Positions 1 to 10,739 of a DNA stretch of 14,086 nucleotides are shown here, in pieces. This DNA comes from a virus (taxonomy: Duplodnaviria > Heunggongvirae > Uroviricota > Caudoviricetes): the IMG/VR virus record IMGVR_UViG_2531839468_000012. The stretch is one strand, 5' to 3'. Made by a program: the position numbers and the translations under genes. Position 1 is the first letter of the stretch; each line of letters opens with the position of its first letter. The notes below the pieces were generated by a model. It saw only the letters and a program-made list of their open reading frames with translations, was not told where the DNA came from and made no database searches.

Positions 1-1
1 A

Positions 2-778
2 GTGATCCGTCGTGCTGGTGGCGTGGAATGTCTTGAAAGCTGGTTACTTCGTGAAAAAGGCTGCCAGTGGCCTCATTCCGACTGGCACAGCGAGAACATG
101 ACCACAATGCGACACGCGCCGGGCGCAATCCGTCTGTGCTGGCACTGCGATAATCAGTTACGTGATCAGTTCACGGAGCGGCTGGAATCAATGGCAACGG
201 ATAACTGTGCCCATTGGGTGTTGTCTGTAGTCCGTCGGGATCTCGATTTTAATGATAACCATGCCGTGACAATGCCGGAACTGTGCTGGTGGCTGGTTCG
301 TAATGACCTGGCGGATGCCTTACCGGAAAGCGCAGCCCGTAAGGCACTGAGATTACCGAAGTCTGTTTTGCCGTCTGTCACCCGGGAAAGTGACCTTGTG
401 CCTTCGGTTCCTGCCACCAGCATTATCCAGGATAAAGCGAAAAAGGTGCTGGCGCTGAAAGTGGATCCGGAGTCGCCGGAGTCTTTTATGTTACGCCCCA
501 AACGTCGTCGCTGGGTTAATGAACAGTACACGCGCTGGGTTAAGACGCAGCCGTGTGCATGTTGTGGAAAGCCAGCTGATGATCCGCATCATCTGATAGG
601 CCATGGTCAGGGTGGAATGGGTACAAAAGCGCATGACCTTTTTGTGCTGCCTTTGTGCAGAAAACACCACGACGAACTGCATGCGGATACCGTGGCATTT
701 GAAGAGAAGTATGGCTCCCAGCTGGAGCTGATATTTCGTTTTATCGATCGCGCACTGGCGATTGGTGTGCTGGCCTGA
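2..778 (+). CDS. DUF968-family phage protein (YdfU-like), 5' partial at window edge, with C-terminal Cys/His-rich HNH-like motif
   Basis: ORF is open to the window start and ends at TGA 776-778. C-terminus carries CACCGK...HHLIGHG...CRKHHDELH, a zinc-finger/HNH-like spacing. It lies directly upstream of Q, as ydfU does relative to the Q homologue in Qin-type prophages (from memory). Confidence 0.55.
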   Translation: MIRRAGGVECLESWLLREKGCQWPHSDWHSENMTTMRHAPGAIRLCWHCDNQLRDQFTERLESMATDNCAHWVLSVVRRDLDFNDNHAVTMPELCWWLVRNDLADALPESAARKALRLPKSVLPSVTRESDLVPSVPATSIIQDKAKKVLALKVDPESPESFMLRPKRRRWVNEQYTRWVKTQPCACCGKPADDPHHLIGHGQGGMGTKAHDLFVLPLCRKHHDELHADTVAFEEKYGSQLELIFRFIDRALAIGVLA

Positions 779-795
779 TTTTGTGGAGAAAGTTA

Positions 796-1179
796 ATGCG
801 TGATATTCAGATGGTTCTTGAACGTTGGGGAGCGTGGGCGGCTAATAATCATGAAGATGTGACCTGGTCGTCCATTGCCGCCGGTTTTAAGGGATTAATT
901 CCTTCAAAAGTAAAATCTCGCCCGCAATGTTGTGACGATGACGCGATGATCATTTGCGGGTGCATGGCCCGTCTGAAAAAGAACAACAGCGATTTGCACG
1001 ATTTATTAGTAGATTATTATGTAGTCGGTATGACATTCATGTCACTGGCAGGTAAGCATTGCTGCTCTGATGGTTATATCGGGAAAAGGTTACAGAAGGC
1101 TGAGGGCATAATTGAAGGGATGTTAATGGCATTAGATATCCGGTTAGAGATGGATATCGTTGTTAATAACTCTAATTAA
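796..1179 (+). CDS. Q: Late-gene antiterminator Q, phage 82 / DLP12 QuuD type (127 aa)
   Basis: ATG at 796 with GGAG 7-8 nt upstream; the ORF-track start at 781 is TTG and less likely. Protein begins [24 protein letters not shown] and ends [11 protein letters not shown], which matches my recollection of DLP12 QuuD. Position is the one expected for Q: after the nin-type region and before the lysis genes. Confidence 0.8.
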   Translation: MRDIQMVLERWGAWAANNHEDVTWSSIAAGFKGLIPSKVKSRPQCCDDDAMIICGCMARLKKNNSDLHDLLVDYYVVGMTFMSLAGKHCCSDGYIGKRLQKAEGIIEGMLMALDIRLEMDIVVNNSN

Positions 1180-1212
1180 TATGCCAATTGTTTACTGAAA
1201 GTTATTAAAAAT

Positions 1213-1230
1213 GGGGCGTTGCAACGCCCC
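1213..1230 (-). terminator. Perfect 18-bp palindrome GGGGCGTTGCAACGCCCC; intrinsic-terminator candidate for minus-strand (porin) transcripts
   Basis: Perfect inverted repeat. On the minus strand it is followed by ATTTTTAATAAC (T-rich). On the plus strand it is followed by CAAAAATAAA, so it is not a good plus-strand terminator. Confidence 0.4.
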
Positions 1231-1296
1231 CAAAAATAAAGGGTAATATATAACAGAAGGTTTATATAGTTAGAAGCAAGGTTGTGCTCCTAAAGG

Positions 1297-1318
1297 AAGT
1301 GGCTTGAGGGAGCCACTT
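1297..1318. other. Stem-loop AAGTGGCT-tgaggg-AGCCACTT (8-bp stem) between the convergent Q and porin genes
   Basis: Perfect 8-bp inverted repeat with a 6-nt loop. No adjacent U-tract on either strand, so function is unclear. Confidence 0.3.
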
Positions 1319-1320
1319 AT

Positions 1321-1358
1321 ATGTTGGGGAGGCAACGCCTCCCGCAACATATCTTTTT
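1321..1358 (+). terminator. Hairpin plus T-run; candidate tR'-like terminator of the short late leader RNA, or a bidirectional terminator
   Basis: ATGTTG-GGGAGGC-aac-GCCTCCC-g-CAACAT forms a long GC-rich stem (1321-1350) followed by ATCTTTTTCG on the plus strand. It lies about 140-180 bp downstream of the Q stop, where lambdoid phages place pR' and tR'. Confidence 0.35.
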
Positions 1359-1368
1359 CGTAATCAGA

Positions 1369-2466
1369 TTAGAACTGGTAAACCAGACCTACAGCAACGA
1401 TGTCATCAGTGCTTACACCGAGTGCTTTAGTGAAGTCATTTTTGTCAAGCAGGTTGATTTTGTAATCAACGAAAGTAGACATATTTTTGTTGAAGTAATA
1501 GGTTGCACCTACATCAACATATTTGACTAAGTCCTGATCGCCCCATACTCCAAGATCCTTACCTTTAGATTGCAGGTAAGCAACGGACGGACGCAGACCG
1601 AAATCGAACTGATATTGTGCAACAGCTTCGAAGTTTTGAGCTTTATTAGCAACGAAGTGATCAGCAAATACAGTCATATTCTGGGTTTCAGAATAGGTAG
1701 TGGCCAGGTAAATGTTGTTAGCGTCATATTTCAGACCTGCGGCCCAAACTTCTGCATTTTTACCGGAAGCAAATACTTCAGGAAGAACTTTCCCTGCATT
1801 AACTTGAGTGTCGGTACGATCAGATTTCGCATAAGTTGCACCGATACCGAATCCTTCGTATTCATAGGTAGCAGAGAAACCGAAGCCATCACCGTTACCT
1901 TCGGTGTAGTTATCGAAATCGCTACGATCGTTTTTGCCTTGGTACTGAGCAGCAAAGTTCAGACCATCAACCAGACCAAAGAAGTCGTTGTTACGATAGG
2001 TTGCAACACCAGTGGTGCGACCAGTCATGAACACATCTGTTTGGGTCCAGGTATCGCCACCGAATTCTGGCAGAACGTCAGTCCACGCACCGATGTCGTA
2101 TGCTACACCGTAGTTACGGCCGTAATCGATTGAGCCGTAGTCACCGAATTTCAGGCCTGCAAATGCAAGACGGGTTTTGTCTTTGGAGGAACCTTGAGAT
2201 TCAGCGCGGTTGCCTTTGAATTCATATTCCCACTGACCGAAACCAGTCAGCTGATCGTTGATTTGGGTTTCGCCTTTGAAGCCCAGACGAACATAAGTAG
2301 TATCACCATCATCTGCATCGTTAGAGGAAAAGTAGTGCTTGGCATTAACTTTCCCGTACAGATCCAGCTTGTTACTGTCTTTATTATAAATTTCAGCTGC
2401 CTGAGCAGACATCGCCATCAGTACTGATGCAGCTACAGCAGAAATTGCCACTGTTAATTTTTTCAT
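1369..2466 (-). CDS. nmpC: Outer-membrane general porin, phage-encoded NmpC/Lc (OmpC/OmpF family), 365 aa
   Basis: Signal peptide [23 protein letters not shown] followed by AEIYNKD. Mature protein has OmpC-like beta-barrel sequence (e.g. [28 protein letters not shown]) and the C-terminal VGLVYQF ending in Phe. ATG at 2464-2466 (complement) and TAA at 1369-1371 (complement). It sits between Q and the holin on the opposite strand, as lc does in phage PA-2 and nmpC in DLP12. Confidence 0.85.
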   Translation of the reverse strand: MKKLTVAISAVAASVLMAMSAQAAEIYNKDSNKLDLYGKVNAKHYFSSNDADDGDTTYVRLGFKGETQINDQLTGFGQWEYEFKGNRAESQGSSKDKTRLAFAGLKFGDYGSIDYGRNYGVAYDIGAWTDVLPEFGGDTWTQTDVFMTGRTTGVATYRNNDFFGLVDGLNFAAQYQGKNDRSDFDNYTEGNGDGFGFSATYEYEGFGIGATYAKSDRTDTQVNAGKVLPEVFASGKNAEVWAAGLKYDANNIYLATTYSETQNMTVFADHFVANKAQNFEAVAQYQFDFGLRPSVAYLQSKGKDLGVWGDQDLVKYVDVGATYYFNKNMSTFVDYKINLLDKNDFTKALGVSTDDIVAVGLVYQF

Positions 2467-3010
2467 CGTGAGCCCTTTTTTTTGAACTATTATTAAAAAA
2501 TAGATGTCACTGCGCGATAAATATTCATCTAATCAATGTGATTATTTCAAGATGTAAGTTTTAGTTTCTCATTTAATTTGTGAAGTAGATCTCTATTTTT
2601 ATCTGAACTTTTTCTATCGAAACCTATTTATGGCTCTTATTTGAACAAAAATAAACCTATTAGCTAATTTATATTAATGGCTGTTATTTATGGTGGTTCT
2701 ATAATTCGTCTGTTTAATTTAAACCAGCTAAAAATAACACTGGAAATTATTTATTGTTTATTTGTTGAAGTTTTCTTATGTATTTGTGGTGATGTTTTGA
2801 ACACTCGGTAGCATTCTCATAAATATCATTCAGTGGTTTACGTACGTAAAAAATTGGTTATGCTGTTAAGAGTGGTTACTTCGTCACACAGCTTAAACCC
2901 GCCGTCGAGCTGGTTTTTCCATTTTTTGAGTCTCGATATTAGCTGATAACTCAATACCTGAGTTATTCACTGACTCGGAGTCAGTTACGTTTCTGCTTTT
3001 TTGCGATACG
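2467..3010. promoter_or_regulatory. AT-rich 544-bp intergenic region: porin promoter/regulatory region (minus strand) and 5' leader of the lysis genes (plus strand)
   Basis: No ORF of 60 aa or more, very AT-rich, directly upstream of the porin ATG. Around 2538-2570 the minus strand reads TTACATCTTGAAATAATCA, which resembles the OmpR box TTTACATTTTGAAACATCTA. A weak hairpin plus T-run lies at 2968-3003 on the plus strand. Confidence 0.4.
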
Positions 3011-3057
3011 TTGTATTCCCTCAATTTACACCCGCTTTGTCTGCGAGGTGGGGTTAT

Positions 3058-3271
3058 GAAATTCATGGATAAGTTAACAACTGGAGTCGCCTATGGCACC
3101 TCAGCAGGTAGTGCCGGTTACTGGTTTTTACAGCTGCTCGATAAAGTCACTCCCTCACAGTGGGCAGCAATAGGTGTGCTGGGTAGCCTGGTATTTGGCC
3201 TGCTGACGTACCTGACAAACCTTTATTTCAAGATTAAAGAAGATAAGCGCAAGGCTGCGAGAGGTGAATAA
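3058..3271 (+). CDS. S: Class II pinholin, phage 21 S type, 71 aa, with dual-start motif (antiholin start 3058, holin start 3067)
   Basis: [26 protein letters not shown]... resembles S21 (from memory). Two in-frame ATGs are separated by Lys-Phe (M-K-F-M). GAGGTGGGG Shine-Dalgarno at 3045-3053. Two hydrophobic segments and a charged C-terminus [13 protein letters not shown]. Stop TAA overlaps the next ATG (TAATG). Confidence 0.8.
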
Positions 3272-3768
3272 TGCCTCCATCATTACGAAAAGCCGTTGCT
3301 GCTGCTATTGGTGGCGGAGCAATTGCTATAGCATCAGTGTTAATCACTGGCCCAAGTGGTAACGATGGTCTGGAAGGTGTCAGCTACATACCATACAAAG
3401 ATATTGTTGGTGTATGGACTGTATGTCACGGACACACCGGAAAAGACATCATGCTCGGTAAAACGTATACCAAAGCAGAATGCAAAGCACTCTTGAATAA
3501 AGACCTTGCCACTGTCGCCAGACAAATTAACCCGTATATCAAAGTCGATATACCGGAAACAACGCGCGGCGCTCTTTACTCATTCGTTTACAACGTGGGT
3601 GCTGGCAATTTTAGAACATCGACGCTTCTTCGCAAAATAAACCAGGGCGATATCAAAGGCGCATGTGATCAGCTGCGTCGCTGGACATACGCTGGCGGTA
3701 AGCAATGGAAAGGCCTGATGACTCGTCGTGAGATTGAGCGTGAAGTCTGTTTGTGGGGGCAACAGTGA
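3271..3768 (+). CDS. R: SAR endolysin (signal-anchor-release lysozyme, T4-lysozyme-like GH24), phage 21 R type, 165 aa
   Basis: N-terminal Gly/Ala-rich weak transmembrane segment [20 protein letters not shown], typical of a SAR domain. Glu-Asp-Thr catalytic spacing in [17 protein letters not shown]. Start is translationally coupled to the holin stop. Confidence 0.85.
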
Positions 3769-4226
3769 GCAGAGTAACCGCGATTATATCCGCTCTGATT
3801 ATCTGCATCATCGTCAGCCTGTCATGGGCGGTCAATCATTACCGTGATAACGCAATCGCCTACAAAGTCCAGCGCGACAAAAATGCCAGAGAACTGAAGC
3901 TAGCGAACGCGGCAATTACTGACATGCAGATGCGTCAGCGTGATGTTGCTGCGCTCGATGCAAAATACACGAAGGAGTTAGCTGATGCGAAAGCTGAAAA
4001 TGATGCTCTGCGTGATGATGTTGCCGCTGGTCGTCGTCGGTTGCACATCAAAGCAGTCTGTCAGTCAGTGCGTGAAGCCACCACGGCCTCCGGCGTGGAT
4101 AATGCAGCCTCCCCCCGACTGGCAGACACCGCTGAACGGGATTATTTCACCCTCAGAGAGAGGCTGATCACTATGCAAAAACAACTGGAAGGAACCCAGA
4201 AGTATATTAATGAGCAGTGCAGATAG
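3765..4226 (+). CDS. Rz: Rz i-spanin (inner-membrane spanin subunit), lambda type, 153 aa
   Basis: GTG at 3765 gives [29 protein letters not shown]..., an N-terminal transmembrane helix followed by a coiled-coil periplasmic domain. It overlaps the endolysin stop (GTGA). GGGGG lies 7 nt upstream. An alternative GTG at 3753 would add 4 aa. Confidence 0.85.
3985..4167 (+). CDS. Rz1: Rz1 o-spanin lipoprotein, 60 aa, embedded in the +1 frame of Rz
   Basis: [24 protein letters not shown]... has a lipobox (VVGC) and a proline-rich mature region [15 protein letters not shown]. It is fully nested inside Rz in a different frame, the classic lambda arrangement. Confidence 0.8.
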   Translation: MRKLKMMLCVMMLPLVVVGCTSKQSVSQCVKPPRPPAWIMQPPPDWQTPLNGIISPSERG

Positions 4227-4257
4227 AGCTGACCATATCGATGGGCAACTCATGCAA

Positions 4258-4551
4258 TTATTTTGAGCAATACACACGCGCTTCCAGCGGAGTATAAATG
4301 CCTAAAGTAATAAAACCGAGCAATCCATTTACGAATGTTTGCTGGGTTTCTGTTTTAACAACATTTTCTGCGCCGCCACAAATTTTAGCTGCATCGACAG
4401 TTTTCTTCTGCCCAATTCCAGAAACGAAGAAATGATGGGTGATGGTTTCCTTTGGTGCTACTGCTGTCTGTTTGTTTTGAACAGTAAATGTCTGTTGAGC
4501 ACATCCTGTAATAAGCAGGGCCAGCGCAGTAGCGAGTAGCATTTTTTTCAT
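4258..4551 (-). CDS. bor: Bor lipoprotein (serum-resistance, Iss-like lysogenic-conversion protein), 97 aa
   Basis: MKKMLLATALALLITGCAQQ... has a signal peptide with lipobox LITGC. Length and position (32 bp after Rz, opposite strand) match lambda bor. Confidence 0.85.
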   Translation of the reverse strand: MKKMLLATALALLITGCAQQTFTVQNKQTAVAPKETITHHFFVSGIGQKKTVDAAKICGGAENVVKTETQQTFVNGLLGFITLGIYTPLEARVYCSK

Positions 4552-4841
4552 GGTGTTATTCCCGATGCTTTTTGAAGTTCGCAGAATCGTATGTGTAGAA
4601 AATTAAACAAACCCTAAACAATGAGTTGAAATTTCATATTGTTAATATTTATTAATGTATGCCAGGTGCGATGAATCGTCATTGTATTCCCGGATTAACT
4701 ATGTCCACAGCCCTGACGGGGAACTTCTCTGCGGGAGTGTCCGGGAATAATTAAAAACGATGCACACAGGGTTTAGCGCGTACATGCATTGTATTATGCC
4801 AACACCCCGGTGCTGACACGGAAGAAACCGGACGTTATGAT

Positions 4842-5375
4842 TTAGCGTGGAAAGATTTGTGTAGTGTTCTGAATGCTCTCAGTAAATAGTAATGAATTAT
4901 CAAAGGTATAGTAATATCTTTTATGTTCGTGGATATTTGTAATCCATCGGAAAACTCCTGCTTTAGCAAGATTTTCCCTGTATTGCTGAAATGTGATTTC
5001 TCTTGATTTCAACCTATCATAGGACGTTTCTATAAGATGCGTATTTCTTGAGAATTTAACATTTACAACCTTTTTAAGTCCTTTTATTAACACGGTGTTA
5101 TCGTTTTCTAACACAATGTGAATATTATCTGTGGCTAGATAGTAAATATAATGTGAGACATTGTGACGTTTTAGTTCAGAATAAAACAATTCACAGTTTA
5201 AATCTTTTCGCACTTGATCGAATATTTCTTTAAAAATGGCAACCTGAGCCATTGGTAAAACCTTCCATGTGATACGAGGGCGCGTAGTTTGCATTATCGT
5301 TTTTATCGCTTCAATCTGGTCTGACCTCTTTGTGTTTTGTTGATGATTTATGTCAAATATTAGGAATGTTTTCAA
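4842..5375 (-). CDS. Hypothetical protein, 177 aa, AT-rich; corresponds to the lambda right-arm ORF between bor and cos (possibly YbcV/DUF1398-like 'putative envelope protein')
   Basis: Long ORF in a very AT-rich segment with no recognisable catalytic motif. Collinear with the lambda region downstream of bor. The family assignment is from memory and tentative. Confidence 0.45.
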   Translation of the reverse strand: MKTFLIFDINHQQNTKRSDQIEAIKTIMQTTRPRITWKVLPMAQVAIFKEIFDQVRKDLNCELFYSELKRHNVSHYIYYLATDNIHIVLENDNTVLIKGLKKVVNVKFSRNTHLIETSYDRLKSREITFQQYRENLAKAGVFRWITNIHEHKRYYYTFDNSLLFTESIQNTTQIFPR

Positions 5376-5537
5376 TTAATAGTATTGGTTGCGTAACAAA
5401 GTGCGGTCCTGCTGGCATTCTGGAGGGAAATACAACCGACAGATGTATGTAAGGCCAACGTGCTCAAACCTTCATACAGAAAGATTTGAAGTAATATTTT
5501 AACCGCTAGATGAAGAGCAAGCGCATGGAGCGACAAA

Positions 5538-5744
5538 ATGAATAAAGAACAATCTGCTGATGATCCCTCCGTGGATCTGATTCGTGTAAAAAATATGCTT
5601 AATAGCACCATTTCTATGAGTTACCCTGATGTTGTAATTGCATGTATAGAACATAAGGTGTCTCTGGAAGCATTCAGGGCAATTGAGGCAGCGTTGGTGA
5701 AGCACGATAATAATATGAAGGATTATTCCCTGGTGGTTGACTGA
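5538..5744 (+). CDS. Small acidic hypothetical protein, 68 aa (YbcW-like)
   Basis: ATG at 5538 preceded by GGAGCGACAAA. Followed by an 8-bp-stem hairpin GTGACAGA...TCTGTCAC at about 5780-5812. Divergent from the 177-aa ORF. Size and position match DLP12 ybcW (from memory). Confidence 0.4.
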
Positions 5745-5908
5745 TCACCATAACTGCTAATCATTCAAACTACTTAACCTGTGACAGAGCCAACACGCAG
5801 TCTGTCACTGTCAGGAAAGTGGTAAAACTGCAACTCAATTACTGCAATGCCCTCGTAATTAAGTGAATTTACAATATCGTCCTGTTCGGAGGGAAGAACG
5901 CGGGATGT

Positions 5909-6103
5909 TCATTCTTCATCACTTTTAATTGATGTATATGCTCTCTTTTCTGACGTTAGCCTCCGACGGCAGGCTTCAATGACCCAGGCTGAGAAATTCC
6001 CGGACCCTTTTTGCTCAAGAGCGATGTTAATTTGTTCAATCATTTGGTTAGGAAAGCGGATGTTGCGGGTTGTTGTTCTGCGGGTTCTGTTCTTAGTTGA
6101 CAT
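5909..6103 (-). CDS. Small basic protein with ribbon-helix-helix-like pattern, 64 aa (YlcI/DUF3950-like), possible DNA-binding regulator
   Basis: MSTKNRTRRTTTRNIRFPNQMIEQINIALEQKGSGNFSAWVIEACRRRL: basic N-terminus, then a short beta-strand (RNIRFP), helix (QMIEQINIALEQ), turn and helix (FSAWVIEACRRRL), consistent with a CopG/Arc-type fold. Confidence 0.45.
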   Translation of the reverse strand: MSTKNRTRRTTTRNIRFPNQMIEQINIALEQKGSGNFSAWVIEACRRRLTSEKRAYTSIKSDEE

Positions 6104-6302
6104 GAGGTTGCCCCGTATTCAGTGTCGCTGATTTGTATTGTCTGAAGTTGTTTTTACGTTAAGTTGATGCAGATCAATTAATACGATACCTGCGTCATAA
6201 TTGATTATTTGACGTGGTTTGATGGCGTAGATGCACGTTGTGACATGTAGATGATAATTATTATCATTTTGTGGGTCCTTTCCGGCGATCCGACAGGTTA
6301 CG

Positions 6303-6314
6303 GGGCGGCGACCT
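6303..6314 (+). other. cos: cosN: lambda-type 12-nt cohesive-end site GGGCGGCGACCT (terminase nicking site; left end of the packaged genome)
   Basis: Exact GGGCGGCGACCT preceded by ...CGACAGGTTACG (lambda right terminus) and followed by CGCGGGTTTTCGCTATTTATGAAAATTTTCCGG (lambda left terminus), as I recall the lambda sequence. Confidence 0.8.
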
Positions 6315-6491
6315 CGCGGGTTTTCGCTATTTATGAAAATTTTCCGGTTTAAGGCGTTTCCGTTCTTCTTCGTCATAACTTAATGTTTTTATTTAAAATA
6401 CCCTCTGAAAAGAAAGGAAACGACAGGTGCTGAAAGCGAGCTTTTTGGCCTCTGTCGTTTCCTTTCTCTGTTTTTGTCCGTGGAATGAACA
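6315..6491 (+). promoter_or_regulatory. cosB region: gpNu1/IHF binding elements between cosN and the Nu1 start
   Basis: Position relative to cosN and Nu1. Contains repeated CGTTTCC-type elements and a 12-bp inverted repeat AGGAAACGACAG (6414-6425) / CTGTCGTTTCCT (6452-6463). Confidence 0.5.
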
Positions 6492-7011
6492 ATGGAAGTC
6501 AACAAAAAGCAGCTGGCTGACATTTTCGGTGCGAGTATCCGTACCATTCAGAACTGGCAGGAACAGGGAATGCCCGTTCTGCGAGGCGGTGGCAAGGGTA
6601 ATGAGGTGCTTTATGACTCTGCCGCCGTCATAAAATGGTATGCCGAAAGGGATGCTGAAATTGAGAACGAAAAGCTGCGCCGGGAAGTTGAAGAACTGCG
6701 GCAGGCCAGCGAGACAGATCTCCAGCCAGGGACTATTGAGTACGAACGCCATCGACTTACGCGTGCGCAGGCCGACGCACAGGAGCTGAAAAATGCCAGA
6801 GACTCCGCTGAAGTGGTGGAAACCGCATTCTGTACTTTCGTGCTGTCGCGGATCGCAGGTGAAATTGCCAGTATTCTCGACGGGATCCCCCTGTCGGTGC
6901 AGCGGCGTTTTCCGGAACTGGAAAACCGACATGTTGATTTCCTGAAACGGGATATCATCAAAGCCATGAACAAAGCAGCCGCGCTGGATGAACTGATACC
7001 GGGGTTGCTGA

Positions 7012-7037
<26 letters not shown>
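6492..7037 (+). CDS. Nu1: Terminase small subunit gpNu1, 181 aa
   Basis: MEVNKKQLADIFGASIRTIQNWQEQGMPVLRGGGKGNEVLYD... has an N-terminal winged-HTH DNA-binding motif and matches lambda Nu1 in length. The 3' end overlaps the A start. Confidence 0.9.

Positions 7038-10719
<3,682 letters not shown>

Positions 10720-10739
<20 letters not shown>

Noticed and set aside
1570-2133. 187-aa plus-strand ORF and other ORFs (1321..1530, 1731..1955, 2194..2427) overlapping the porin gene
   Set aside because: They are antisense or out-of-frame within a well-supported porin CDS and have no recognisable protein features.
4688-4748. 9-bp inverted repeat ATTCCCGGA / TCCGGGAAT in the bor upstream region as a possible regulatory RNA or operator
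   Set aside because: The arms are short with a long spacer (about 43 nt), and there are no flanking promoter or terminator signals. It is not sufficient to call a feature, though it may belong to the bor promoter region.
6119-6376. 85-aa minus-strand ORF (MTKKNGNALNRKIF...)
   Set aside because: It spans cosN and the cosQ region, has low-complexity composition and no ribosome-binding site context. It is most likely a chance ORF in AT-rich non-coding DNA.
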